This document shows, one piece after another, positions 19,185-29,409 of a DNA stretch of 64,000 nucleotides (its first letter is position 1; every line of letters begins with the position of its first letter). Origin of the DNA: Sedimentisphaerales bacterium (GTDB lineage Bacteria; Planctomycetota; Phycisphaerae; Sedimentisphaerales; SM23-30). A program made the translations under genes and the position numbers. The notes beneath the pieces were generated by a model. It worked only from the letters and a program-made list of their open reading frames with translations. It did not search any database and was not told the DNA's origin. Location: assembly GCA_963666285.1 (NCBI GenBank), contig OY762711.1; one strand, 5' to 3'.

Positions 19185-21656
19185 TTACAGCTTAAATTCA
19201 TTCACGCTCGAAGTCACCAGCTGTTCAAAAAGCTCATTTGACGCTTTTTCTGAATACTCTTCATCGCCATAAAAGCTGTAATATTGATCAAACGATTTCT
19301 GTAAAGACCTCGACTCCGCATATTCGCGGGCTGCTGATCCAAAACTGGTTATTTTATCACTATTGTCAGCAAAATCATGCATCGCTTTGTACAAACTCTG
19401 AACACAAAGACCTTCAACTATTACTCCGGTCTGGTCTGGTATAATATTTTCTCGTGGGCCGCCCGAATCACTGACTATTACCGGCAATCCGGCCGCCTGC
19501 GCTTCCAATACAACGTTACCAAAGGTGTCAGTCGTACTTGGAAAAACAAATACATCACAAGCATTATAAATTGTCTGAAGGTCATTTCCTGACAAATAGC
19601 CCGTAAAATGCGTTGGAGTATCTGCCATATTATCACGCATCTGCTTGAGATAAGGGCCGTCACCAACAACAATCAGGCTTACATCGTCTCTCAAGCGGCA
19701 TAACTGCTTAAATGACTGTTCCAATATTGGCAAATCCTTTTCCCGCGATATACGACCAACAAACAAAAATCTGGTACCCTCCGGCAGGCTCGGACCAGTA
19801 TAGCTATTTTCCGGTGAAAACTTGCGGGTATCTACACCACGAGGCATCAGACGTATCTTGGTCGGAGAAATTCCTTTATCGACTAATTCATCATATGTTG
19901 CCCGTGACGATGCGAAGATTATATCTGACTGATCGTAAAACCATAATATAAACTTCCAGGTCATTTCTTCAATTGAGGAATCTTCTGTTAGATATTGAGC
20001 ATATTGAGGGATAGCTGTATGATATGTTGTATAGAATGGAAGTTTCATTATACGCGATATTGCCAGCGCCAGCAATCCAACCGGCCCGGGAGTAGCTGCG
20101 TGTATATGAGTATAATTCTGCTTAAATGCATACTGCATTATCTCAAGAACTGGTGGGAAAAACAATATTTGCTCAGGATATTCAGGAACCTCAACGGTAT
20201 TAATTGCATTAAAGAATTTTCGACATTTACCGCTATGCTTATGGGCATCTTTTTCTACACAACTTATTACGGTAAATTCTTTTCCTGTTTCCCACGCCAT
20301 ATTTGCTTGATTTCGTAATGTATGAGCGACCCCGTTGACTTCCTGGAGTGTGTCTGTGAACAAACCAACCTTAGTCTTCCTGTATGCTAGTTCCGGTTCA
20401 AAATGCAATATTGCTTTTTCCGCTGAACGTCTGTTACCGGCATAAACTGAGTATGATATAAAATATGGTGCCATTATCGCATACAACGTTGCTGCCGACC
20501 CGGCAGATTCAAAAATACCAAATAAATTCGCTTTACTTATACGTTCCAGGCTTTGGGTTCCTAACTGCTCTAAAATAGAATTAGATACTGTTGATACAAA
20601 CCTGAACCACATATTGTCACGTTCATTATGATCCACCACGTCCTTTTGTAACGCTGCTGAAAAATGACGATCTCCAACTATTAACTTATGCGCCTGACTC
20701 TGTATAACATCAAATGCACGTGAACTGCTGCTTTTTGTAGAGATTTTTGAGTTTTTCATTAACTTAAAGTGGATCTTATTAATTATACCTGACACTTTGG
20801 GGGTCTGCTCTGGGTCCAGCATAAGATCTAAAAAACGCATTAGTACATGTCGATCTCTATATTTTGTTACATTAAACTTCGTACTGTAAAACTGGTATGC
20901 CACGCCATATATGTTATGCGCCATTGCATTTGGCTCTGGCTCAGCTTTAAAATGTGCTTTCGTCTCACGGTCATTATATTTCTTCCAGAATTCCTGTAAA
21001 TCAGAAGCCTTTTCAATTTCTGTGTATGCTCGCGATATATTTAAACCGCTATGATCATCTGAGCCTCCTATAAGGCACTTACGCCATGGCATATCGCCGT
21101 AAGGACGAATTCCGTGACGATCTGCTATTTTCTCCAGTTTTTCCTCTGTAATATTAGTAATAATTGTTTTCACCACCTGGTTTACATAATTATCCTCATC
21201 ACCATTAAGCTCAAAATGATTAAAAAGTAGCATACACTTTTCGACATGTTCGACAGTAAGTCTGTCATTTGGTGAATAAAAAGGATGTGCCAGGGCATAA
21301 TATATACCGCTATCGGCAAGATATTCTACTAGATTATAAATATTGCCCCTGATCTCATCAATTTCCTTGAACTGAGATTCGGTTATATCATAAACGAGCA
21401 CATGAACCTTGCAGCGATCTTCTGGAAAATATGCTGTTACCTCACAACTTATAAATGTATTGGGTAAATCAAGAATCTCCAGACATCCGCCAATAGCATT
21501 ATGATCTGTTATTGTTACGGCATCCATACCACCTGCCAACGCTATATCATACAACTTACGCGGCTCAGTATAACTCTCGTTACAGCCGATTTTATTCAAA
21601 AGCCAGATAGATGAATGGGTTGAAAATCTTGAATGGACATGCATGTCTACTTTCAT
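19185..21656 (-). CDS. PHP-domain / glycosyltransferase family 4 fusion protein
   Basis: N-terminal DMHVHS, TITDHN, LAHP and GGSDDH (PHP). C-terminal TDTLQEVNGVA, FVGRISREK and DTFGNVVLEAQAAGLPV (GT4). Likely start ATG 21656 with GAGG RBS (track start 21686). Confidence 0.85.
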   Translation of the reverse strand: MKVDMHVHSRFSTHSSIWLLNKIGCNESYTEPRKLYDIALAGGMDAVTITDHNAIGGCLEILDLPNTFISCEVTAYFPEDRCKVHVLVYDITESQFKEIDEIRGNIYNLVEYLADSGIYYALAHPFYSPNDRLTVEHVEKCMLLFNHFELNGDEDNYVNQVVKTIITNITEEKLEKIADRHGIRPYGDMPWRKCLIGGSDDHSGLNISRAYTEIEKASDLQEFWKKYNDRETKAHFKAEPEPNAMAHNIYGVAYQFYSTKFNVTKYRDRHVLMRFLDLMLDPEQTPKVSGIINKIHFKLMKNSKISTKSSSSRAFDVIQSQAHKLIVGDRHFSAALQKDVVDHNERDNMWFRFVSTVSNSILEQLGTQSLERISKANLFGIFESAGSAATLYAIMAPYFISYSVYAGNRRSAEKAILHFEPELAYRKTKVGLFTDTLQEVNGVAHTLRNQANMAWETGKEFTVISCVEKDAHKHSGKCRKFFNAINTVEVPEYPEQILFFPPVLEIMQYAFKQNYTHIHAATPGPVGLLALAISRIMKLPFYTTYHTAIPQYAQYLTEDSSIEEMTWKFILWFYDQSDIIFASSRATYDELVDKGISPTKIRLMPRGVDTRKFSPENSYTGPSLPEGTRFLFVGRISREKDLPILEQSFKQLCRLRDDVSLIVVGDGPYLKQMRDNMADTPTHFTGYLSGNDLQTIYNACDVFVFPSTTDTFGNVVLEAQAAGLPVIVSDSGGPRENIIPDQTGVIVEGLCVQSLYKAMHDFADNSDKITSFGSAAREYAESRSLQKSFDQYYSFYGDEEYSEKASNELFEQLVTSSVNEFKL

Positions 21657-21700
21657 TATTTTTCCTCGTACAAATATATTAAGCATCGCGCGACATACAA

Positions 21701-23083
21701 TTAGCCGACAGCAATTGCCGTTGTTTCTTCTCTTTTTATTCTGTTAAGTTCTTCTTTTACAAGCCGTAATGTTTTACTAGTTATTGCATTATCATTTTGA
21801 ACGAAATACTTGGCTATTTTATCGTAACAAATGTTTTCTCGCCCGTTAAAGAATCCGCAAGCTCGATAATATGCCAGATCCTTTCGCCACAGCTTATAAT
21901 GAACCTTATCTGTCAGCTTTCGACGGAATATATGCATCTTATTACTCCTGATATCCAATACCGGACCAAGCAGCTCTGATGGATCCCGAAAACACTCCCA
22001 GTCACAACGCCGGCAGTCAATATCCACATCAATCTCACTCATTTCAATTTCAGTGTACTTGCCTAATGTGTCATCACTGCGGAACCCGCAAGGCCATGCC
22101 TCGCGGCTTTGAGCATCAATAAAAAAGTAATCAATCCCACCACGACATGGATACCCATATTCTTTAGAACTCGATTCTTCCAAACTCTGCCGATATTGAT
22201 TTATCATCATATAAAGACTGGTTTGAGGCGAAAATATTCTGAGTTTATCGCGGTAATTGCCTAAAACGTCAAACATAGCCTGGAAAATCAAGGCTTTCTC
22301 CTGACGGGTAAAAGTCACAATATCATCACTACTTGCAGCTCCATATACATTCCCCAGGCCATTGTCTGTATTTATATCAGAACTCATTGGATAACAGGCG
22401 TTTACTATAGTAAAACCTATATCCAGAACCTTCCGGTAAAATAAATGAAAATTTTCACAAAATGTCTCATAAAAGCTATCTACATCTGTAGTTACAAGAT
22501 GACAGGATCTGGATGCACCACCCGTATTGCGATTTATGCCAAGGTTAGCACTTGGAAATATTCCTCTTTCATGGAATATCGGCAAGGCTTTTTCCATACC
22601 TCTGACAACACCTTCAAGCCCACGCATTTTTTCATGAGTTACTGAATCGCTTGAATCAAGACTAAACCATAATGTATATAATGGACTATCAGCCAGCTTG
22701 TCAGCTAAATTAGCTACTTTCTTCTCCCAGTCTGGCTTATCGCTGCCGCATAGAAAGTAACCGTTAGTACCTGTCCTAATGTATGGTATGCCCGCTTTAC
22801 CGGCATAGCAAATTGCCTCTATAAGATCATCAGCAAAAAGAAATGGTTCGCCCCCGGTAAAAGACAAAGCCTGAACTCCATTTTCTGCTGCTTTATCTAT
22901 TATTTGCTTTAGTTCATCAAGTTCAATTCTTGCTCTCTTAAACTTGGAAGTTACTCTCAATTCGCATTGAGGGCATTTTGCATTACATGCGTCAGATAAT
23001 TGTATTATCAACTGGCCAGGCGTTCTGCTGTTTCGTGCAAACAACAGGTTAATTGCCTGAACTACTTCACTTTTCTTTTTCAA
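21701..23083 (-). CDS. Radical SAM protein with C-terminal SPASM/twitch-like cysteines
   Basis: CNAKCPQC, FTGGEP, TNG; C-terminal CRGG...PC...CRRCDWEC. Confidence 0.9.
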   Translation of the reverse strand: MKKKSEVVQAINLLFARNSRTPGQLIIQLSDACNAKCPQCELRVTSKFKRARIELDELKQIIDKAAENGVQALSFTGGEPFLFADDLIEAICYAGKAGIPYIRTGTNGYFLCGSDKPDWEKKVANLADKLADSPLYTLWFSLDSSDSVTHEKMRGLEGVVRGMEKALPIFHERGIFPSANLGINRNTGGASRSCHLVTTDVDSFYETFCENFHLFYRKVLDIGFTIVNACYPMSSDINTDNGLGNVYGAASSDDIVTFTRQEKALIFQAMFDVLGNYRDKLRIFSPQTSLYMMINQYRQSLEESSSKEYGYPCRGGIDYFFIDAQSREAWPCGFRSDDTLGKYTEIEMSEIDVDIDCRRCDWECFRDPSELLGPVLDIRSNKMHIFRRKLTDKVHYKLWRKDLAYYRACGFFNGRENICYDKIAKYFVQNDNAITSKTLRLVKEELNRIKREETTAIAVG

Positions 23084-23226
23084 TAGTACATCCTGTTTTC
23101 ATCCAGGTAACCAAGTAATAAAGATTACCTGTCATAATCTGCTTTTTAATAATGATATGCTGGCTTGTTTTATGTAATTGCACAACATTTAACACTAAAT
23201 TCTATCTATATTATCAGTTTACACTT

Positions 23227-23269
23227 CATATAAGCAGAACATGTTAATTATTTATTATTTTTTCATTAA
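23227..23269 (-). promoter_or_regulatory. Possible Pho-box-like promoter of the radical SAM operon
   Basis: Minus strand TTAATG-N5-ATAATA-N5-TTAACA-N9-TATATG; 11-bp period but degenerate and in AT-rich DNA. Confidence 0.35.
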
Positions 23270-23741
23270 CCCGAAGAACGACAAAAATATTTAACTGCTT
23301 GTATTATTTGCTATAAAGGCATATATCATGATGTAATTTTATCGAGATATCGAATTACACACGTAAGATTCTAATAGACAATTATTTATGTGCAATATCC
23401 ACATTAACAGCATATTTATACCATCTTAATCATTTACTATTAAACTATTATTTTCATTTTTACATGAAACAAATTCTAAACTAATGTCAGTATGGTATTA
23501 TTTGCATAAGAATTAGGAATGATTATTTTATGCCAAAGAAAACTGGCGGATGAGAATAATGCAAAGGGGAAATGAGATTAGTGAAAAGAGAGATTTTTGC
23601 ATTTTCTCTCCAGCCAGTTAATAATCACTAGTGATATATACACCAAATCTTTGTAACAGAGCGGCTCGTTGTTTGAGTCGCTCTCACTATTTTAAACTAT
23701 CGACTCAGCTATAAACATATATGTATTAGATTATTAGACAA

Positions 23742-23779
23742 AAAAACACACAATATTTCTTAAAATATTGTGTGTTTTT
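23742..23779 (-). terminator. Intrinsic terminator after the TonB cluster
   Basis: Hairpin aaaaacacacaatattt / aaatattgtgtgttttt about 25 bp past the TPR gene stop. Confidence 0.7.
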
Positions 23780-23804
23780 GCACAAACGATTCAAAACTAT
23801 ATGG

Positions 23805-25190
23805 CTATTTGCTAGTTTTGGATATTTTTTCAACCTGAACTAAAAACTCTCTAACATTTTCTCTAGGCTTAATATCCTGAGCTCTTTTTAATAATGGTAG
23901 AGCCTCGTTATATTTACCTGAACCAACAAGCAGCTGGGCATGCCGAACCTTGGCATCTGCCTCATATTTTTCGATATTTGCTGCCCTCTCATAATAAAAT
24001 ATAGCTTTTTCATTATCACCATTACGTTGATAGTTCTGACCTAATAGAATTAATGCTTCGCCATCCAGAGGATCAATTTGTACTATCTGTTCCAGAACCT
24101 TAACCTCTTCTTCTGCAGCTCCGGAAGCTACCGCTAACCTGGCACGAAGTTTCAAAATATCTTTATTCAAATCATCACTGATATTGCCATTAAATACTTT
24201 ATCCAACTTTTCAATTAAAAGACCGGTCTCTTCCATCGCACCACGAGCAACCAGCACTTTTGCTGAACGAACAGCTCTGTCTGGCGTAGCACCTTTTAAA
24301 TCCATCGCCTTGGAATAAGACTGAACCGCTAATTCATAAAGCTCCTGGTTAACATATATATCACCAAGCATATTCAGGCTATCTAAAGTTGAGCCACCCA
24401 TAACATCAACAATTTCATATATTTCAGCTGCTTTCATTGGTTTTTCTAAGGCAATATAGGCATTTGCCTGAAGCAGCCATAAACTCACATTTTCAGGATC
24501 ATCTTTAATCAAAACATCACACAAAGCAACTGCATCAGCATATCTGTTCTGCTTGAAGAAACAACGGGCTAATCCCATTTTCCAGTCAAATGTTTTAGGA
24601 TCAAGCAAAATTGCCATTCTATAAGCACTTTCAGCCGAGATATTATTATCAATAGAAGAATAGCCATATCCTAATAAACCATAAGTAATTGAGTCATTAC
24701 CGCCAAGTTCAATCACTTTTGTCAATGCAGGTACGGCTTTAGAAAAATCTCCCTGACGAACATGAATCATTGCCATATTCTTCCAGGCTCGCCTGAATTT
24801 GGGATACTTCTCTACAGCAACCTGATATAGCTCTAAAGCTTCATTGTAATTTTCCTGTTGAAAATAAATATTTGCAAGAGTAAAGTCAATAACAGCACTA
24901 GCAGCTTCTCCCCTGATCTTCTGCAAACGCTTAACTGCATTATCCATCTCATCAGCAGAAAGCATTTCCATTATTTCCTTCATGTCTTCAAGTTCAGTAA
25001 CGGTTACACGCGGTTCAATCTCCGTTTCCGCTATATAACTTTTTGTAAACTGCGTCTGAAACTGTTTGCTATTCCAGATTTTTAGCTGCAATTCTGACAT
25101 TGCAGGCTCCGAAGCGGCAGTAACAGCACTTAAAATAGAGACTAATGAGAATAATAACAATGTTTTGCATTTATAATAATTTAAGTCCAT
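23805..25190 (-). CDS. Tetratricopeptide repeat protein of the TonB system (TtpD-like)
   Basis: Signal peptide, multiple TPR motifs, last gene of the exbBD-tonB operon. Confidence 0.85.
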   Translation of the reverse strand: MDLNYYKCKTLLLFSLVSILSAVTAASEPAMSELQLKIWNSKQFQTQFTKSYIAETEIEPRVTVTELEDMKEIMEMLSADEMDNAVKRLQKIRGEAASAVIDFTLANIYFQQENYNEALELYQVAVEKYPKFRRAWKNMAMIHVRQGDFSKAVPALTKVIELGGNDSITYGLLGYGYSSIDNNISAESAYRMAILLDPKTFDWKMGLARCFFKQNRYADAVALCDVLIKDDPENVSLWLLQANAYIALEKPMKAAEIYEIVDVMGGSTLDSLNMLGDIYVNQELYELAVQSYSKAMDLKGATPDRAVRSAKVLVARGAMEETGLLIEKLDKVFNGNISDDLNKDILKLRARLAVASGAAEEEVKVLEQIVQIDPLDGEALILLGQNYQRNGDNEKAIFYYERAANIEKYEADAKVRHAQLLVGSGKYNEALPLLKRAQDIKPRENVREFLVQVEKISKTSK

Positions 25191-25218
25191 CTTATCTTTC
25201 CGAAATAATATAGTTTAT

Positions 25219-25887
25219 CTAATTTCCTTTAGGAAATGTTATAGGTATACGCATGCGGAACCTGACTGATTTCCCACCGCTTTTACCCGGCTCAAACTTC
25301 CATCTTTTAACAGCATTTATTGCACTGCGATCAAATATAGGATTAGTTGATGTTTGCACTTTAGGATCTTCAACTCTTCCGTTTTTATCAACAATAAAAA
25401 TAACATATACCGTAGCCGGAGTATTGGCTCTCATTTCCTTGTTAAGAGTCGGGCCAGGCTGATAAATTACTCGTGGTTTCTGATCCAGATCGGCAATGGA
25501 AAATAACTGGTCAACATTATTACTTCCTGCGGTAACTACATTAAGATTAAGAGTAAAATCACCTTCTGTCCAACCACCTACTCCACCTGGATTTAACGCT
25601 AAAGTTAACTGCTCCAGGGTCAATGGGGTTGTCTCAGGCTGCAACTCCAGCTTTTCAGGTTCTTGAGGTGGTTCTTCTTCATTATCCTCTTCAACGATCG
25701 GATCCGGAGGAGGAGGCTCAACCGTATTTATTGACTGTACCACCATATCTACCGTAGGAGACTTTGCAATAGTTTGCATAAGCGGTAATACTAGAAAAAA
25801 TACCAGCGTAAGGGAAATTGCGCCAACAACTACTATCATATTATGTAATAACTGGTTGGCAATTGAAATTTTTCTTTTAGTACTCAT
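25219..25887 (-). CDS. tonB: Energy transducer TonB
   Basis: N-terminal TM helix, Pro/Glu-rich linker, TonB_C motif VIFIVDKNGRV...FDRSAINAVKRWKFEPG. Confidence 0.9.
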   Translation of the reverse strand: MSTKRKISIANQLLHNMIVVVGAISLTLVFFLVLPLMQTIAKSPTVDMVVQSINTVEPPPPDPIVEEDNEEEPPQEPEKLELQPETTPLTLEQLTLALNPGGVGGWTEGDFTLNLNVVTAGSNNVDQLFSIADLDQKPRVIYQPGPTLNKEMRANTPATVYVIFIVDKNGRVEDPKVQTSTNPIFDRSAINAVKRWKFEPGKSGGKSVRFRMRIPITFPKGN

Positions 25888-25894
25888 AGAAAAA

Positions 25895-26308
25895 TTACCC
25901 TTTATTTTTCTTGCTGGCGATACTTACCTTAATAGCCCCGGCCAGCTTTGCTTCATCAATAGCACGTACAGTTAATTCCGTGGGGACTGATGAGTCAGCC
26001 TGAATGATGACCGGTACATCTTCTTTCTGAAGCATACGCTTAACCAAAGGTTGTATCCCATTAAAACCAATTTCTCTACCACCATAAACCACTTCGCCAT
26101 CAGCAGTAATAGCAATCATAATACTAGTCTTTTCAAGCATAACAGCAGATGCAGCCTGTGGTTTATCAACCTCGACGCCTGTCTCCTCAACAAATGTCGT
26201 AGTAACAATAAAGAAAATAAGCAAAATAAAGACACAATCCATCAAAGGGGAAATATCAATGCCTGTTTCATTACTGTCATCAGAAGCTATTTGACGAAAA
26301 CGTCCCAT
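25895..26308 (-). CDS. exbD: Biopolymer transporter ExbD
   Basis: IDISPLMDCVFILLIFFIVTT and VIIQAD motifs. Confidence 0.92.
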   Translation of the reverse strand: MGRFRQIASDDSNETGIDISPLMDCVFILLIFFIVTTTFVEETGVEVDKPQAASAVMLEKTSIMIAITADGEVVYGGREIGFNGIQPLVKRMLQKEDVPVIIQADSSVPTELTVRAIDEAKLAGAIKVSIASKKNKG

Positions 26309-26354
26309 ATTGTCCTCGCAATCAGAATCATCCAGTTATTAAAAGTTTAATTGA

Positions 26355-26990
26355 TCAAGCAACCTGGTTTTTTGTTTGTTTCTTATACTGTATTTGGGTA
26401 CATACTGTCTCGAGATGAGCCAGAAAAGCTTTATATCTTTCTTGTTGGCGAGATAGTAAATGCTGAAAAAACAAACCAGGCAAAGCAATTACCAGCCCTG
26501 TTTCAGTTGTTACCAGGGCTTCAGAAATACCTTCTGCCACCAATCCCAGCGTTTTATCGCCACCCGAACCATTTGCCAAAGCATCAAAAGTAGATAACAT
26601 ACCGGTTACAGTACCAAGCAAACCAAGCAAAGGGGCTGCACTTACACAGATCTTCATAATTTTCAAATCGCGTTCAAATGGTGCAACCTCAGTTATTCGC
26701 AATTCTTCAAAAAACATAGCAGTAGAAGCTAATGAGCTGCCGCCTGTAACAAAGTCCAGCAATTCACCTATTGGCCCTTTACGCTGCTGTGGATTATCAA
26801 TCCAATTCCGCCATTTCTTTTCTGAAACCTTTAAAAATCCTTTAGCTTTTAATCTAAGGTACATATTAACACCTATAGAAAACATAGTTAGCGATACAAC
26901 AGCAATTGCAATCATTGCCCAGCCGCCGGCAAGCCATATTTCACGAGCCTGGTTCCATAATTCTATAAATTTATGTTCTAATATTTCCAT
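26355..26990 (-). CDS. exbB: MotA/TolQ/ExbB proton channel protein
   Basis: APLLGLLGTVTGM and GISEALVTTETGL motifs. Confidence 0.9.
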   Translation of the reverse strand: MEILEHKFIELWNQAREIWLAGGWAMIAIAVVSLTMFSIGVNMYLRLKAKGFLKVSEKKWRNWIDNPQQRKGPIGELLDFVTGGSSLASTAMFFEELRITEVAPFERDLKIMKICVSAAPLLGLLGTVTGMLSTFDALANGSGGDKTLGLVAEGISEALVTTETGLVIALPGLFFQHLLSRQQERYKAFLAHLETVCTQIQYKKQTKNQVA

Positions 26991-27029
26991 GATATTATCT
27001 TAAGCTCTCGAATGCATGAATAATTAAAT

Positions 27030-28469
27030 TTAAGCACTTACAAGTTCTTTTTTTGAATCTAATTTAGCCTTGCTAACCTGATTAACAAAAGAAACGGCAC
27101 ACTTTTCCATTTCATCAACAATGCTTTTAGCTTTTCGCGATAAAAATGCATAGAGGAGTAATGAAGGTATTGCAACTATAAGTCCAAACTCAGTGGTAAT
27201 CAAAGCTTCAGAGATACCGCCAGAAAGAGTTTTAACATCACTAGAACCAAATACTGTAATCAGCTTAAAGGTGTTAATAATACCGGTAACTGTTCCCAGC
27301 AGACCGAGCAAAGGTGCTGATGAGGCACTAATAGAAATAAACGGCAGCAGCTTTTGCAGGTTTAATTTAGTGGAAAGAACAGTTTCAAACATGACTTCTT
27401 CGATCAAATCAGTTGGCTCATTAAGATGTTCAGCACCTTTAGCCAGCATCTTACCCGCTGGGCCACCCACTGCCTCTGCCCATGATTGGGCCTTATCATA
27501 ATCATTTTCTGTAACTGCAATCAATAAATTGTCAAAATTCTTTTTCGATGGATTTCGCATAAACAGAAGATGAATCCACTTTATCAATGCTACCAGCAAA
27601 GCAAGTCCCGCCATACCAAGAATCGGATACATAACCGGACCACCTTTGGCTATATGCTCTGCCAGAGTTTGTTTAGTTTCTTCAACTACATGAGCGTTAC
27701 CACCAGTTGGATCAAAAGGTAATATTCCTTTATTATCAGCAATCAGTTTTTCAGCTGCCTGTTTATCCAACAGTTCACCAAATGTAACCACTGAAGGTTC
27801 CAATGAGCCAATGCGAAGTTCAATTGTCCCTAGAATGGAATTGTCATTGGCTTTAAATAGTGCTATTGGACCAAACTTTACAAACTTACCGTTTTTTACC
27901 AGGCCGGCATTGTCTACTGCTTTCCCTTCAAAAGAAGTGCCGCCAATAGCCTGATTCATGCGTTCAAGCGAAGCAAAAAGTAAATCAGCCTGAGTAATAT
28001 ATATCTGTAATTCAGTCAAATTGCTATTTTCCGGGGCCAACCTGGCTTCTTTTAGCAGATTTGCATATCTCTGCACTTCAGATATATGCAAATGAGACTC
28101 AAAATTCCTGATATAATCATTTAGAAGATTTGATATATAATTTGCCTGATCCTGCCTGACTTTCAACTCACTTTTCATATTTATAAGATCAAGCTTTCTG
28201 GTATCAAGAGTTCTGATAGTCTCTTGATAATCCATGCGTACTTTGGAAAGTTTATTTTCCAGTTCACTAACTTTTCTACTTAAAGGCAGCTTTTCATTTA
28301 CAACCTGCTCTCTCAACCGGTTCAATTCATCAATACTTATTTCCAGCTTATTTTGAATTACTTCCGAAGTTTGTGAAAAATTCGAGCTGTCAGATGTATC
28401 TTGAGCCTGAGAAAAAGAAGAAAATGATATAACTACAGTTGATATAAGCAATAATAATTTCATATTCAT
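27030..28469 (-). CDS. Large MotA/TolQ/ExbB family protein with periplasmic coiled coil (TtpC-like)
   Basis: Signal peptide, coiled coil, PFDPTGG, APLLGLLGTVTGII, GGISEALITTEFGL. Confidence 0.88.
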   Translation of the reverse strand: MNMKLLLLISTVVISFSSFSQAQDTSDSSNFSQTSEVIQNKLEISIDELNRLREQVVNEKLPLSRKVSELENKLSKVRMDYQETIRTLDTRKLDLINMKSELKVRQDQANYISNLLNDYIRNFESHLHISEVQRYANLLKEARLAPENSNLTELQIYITQADLLFASLERMNQAIGGTSFEGKAVDNAGLVKNGKFVKFGPIALFKANDNSILGTIELRIGSLEPSVVTFGELLDKQAAEKLIADNKGILPFDPTGGNAHVVEETKQTLAEHIAKGGPVMYPILGMAGLALLVALIKWIHLLFMRNPSKKNFDNLLIAVTENDYDKAQSWAEAVGGPAGKMLAKGAEHLNEPTDLIEEVMFETVLSTKLNLQKLLPFISISASSAPLLGLLGTVTGIINTFKLITVFGSSDVKTLSGGISEALITTEFGLIVAIPSLLLYAFLSRKAKSIVDEMEKCAVSFVNQVSKAKLDSKKELVSA

Positions 28470-28482
28470 TCATGCACCTACT

Positions 28483-29286
28483 TTATTTAATCTCTACCGG
28501 CAACTTGACATAAGATGCCACTTTTTCATTTTTCAAAATAGATATAACATCTGAAACTGCCGGAGCAATTTCATTGTTCTCTGTCCATTTCCAGCCTTCA
28601 TCTGTTAAATTCCCGATGCCTGCAATATCACCAGTGGCATTAACAAAATATGCCTGCCCCAAACCAATATAAACAGTAGTAACTTCAACTGAATCACCAG
28701 TGTCAAGATTTCTTACCTCACTGACTATTGATATTTCGCGATTAAATTTATCAACTTCATTCAGTATGCCAACAATATTCTGAAATCTTTCAGACAATGA
28801 TACAGTTTTTGAAGTATTTTCCGGATCAGGTAATCTTTGGCTTAACGGTTTTATGTGGCCATTAACATTCTCAGGCAGCTTTTTAATTACATCACGCACA
28901 CCATCTTCCAATCTTCCGACAATGTTCTGTAATACAGTAAAATTATTATTGTATTCATTATTATCTTTAAGAATTTTCTGGCGTTTTATATCAGCATCAG
29001 AGATGTTATCTTTTGCAGTTACAATTTTTCTTTCCAACTCCTCAATTTCTCTTTCTAACAACTTGATTCTTTCATTCAGCATTTCTTTTGAAAGTTCAAA
29101 ATCTCGTTTTTCCTGCGAGATTATCCTTTGAGTTTCAACCCATTTTTCCAGTGTTGCTTTTGAATTTAGAACATCCTGTTCAGTCTTTGTTTCCTGTGCA
29201 AAGGCAATGGAAAAATTAATGCAAATAGATATTGATATTAAAACAGCTATACATTCGTAATTATTTATAAGCTTAATAATATTCAT
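28483..29286 (-). CDS. DUF3450 family coiled-coil protein (TtpB-like)
   Basis: Signal peptide, coiled coil, SLSERFQNIV, VYIGLGQAYF, WKW and LP motifs; position before the large ExbB. Confidence 0.8.
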   Translation of the reverse strand: MNIIKLINNYECIAVLISISICINFSIAFAQETKTEQDVLNSKATLEKWVETQRIISQEKRDFELSKEMLNERIKLLEREIEELERKIVTAKDNISDADIKRQKILKDNNEYNNNFTVLQNIVGRLEDGVRDVIKKLPENVNGHIKPLSQRLPDPENTSKTVSLSERFQNIVGILNEVDKFNREISIVSEVRNLDTGDSVEVTTVYIGLGQAYFVNATGDIAGIGNLTDEGWKWTENNEIAPAVSDVISILKNEKVASYVKLPVEIK

Positions 29287-29342
29287 CTTCAGTGTATCCT
29301 TAATTAAGTTCTCATTATGGTTTCATAATAACTCAGGTTAAT

Positions 29343-29407
29343 AATATACCAAAATACTGTTAAAAATGTGCTAACTTAGCGATAATGTTATGTTAACTTA
29401 GAGTTAA
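29343..29407 (-). promoter_or_regulatory. Five 11-bp-periodic direct repeats (Pho-box-like) with an extended -10
   Basis: Minus strand TTAACTctaag TTAACAtaaca TTATCGctaag TTAGCAcattt TTAACA-N9-TATATT, with TG in the extended -10 position. Confidence 0.65.
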
Positions 29408-29409
29408 TC

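Noticed and set aside
23129..23144. CTGTCATAATCTGCTT as an E. coli-type Pho box
   Set aside because: Spacing is 10 rather than 11, the second half is poor, and it is on the strand opposite the gene.
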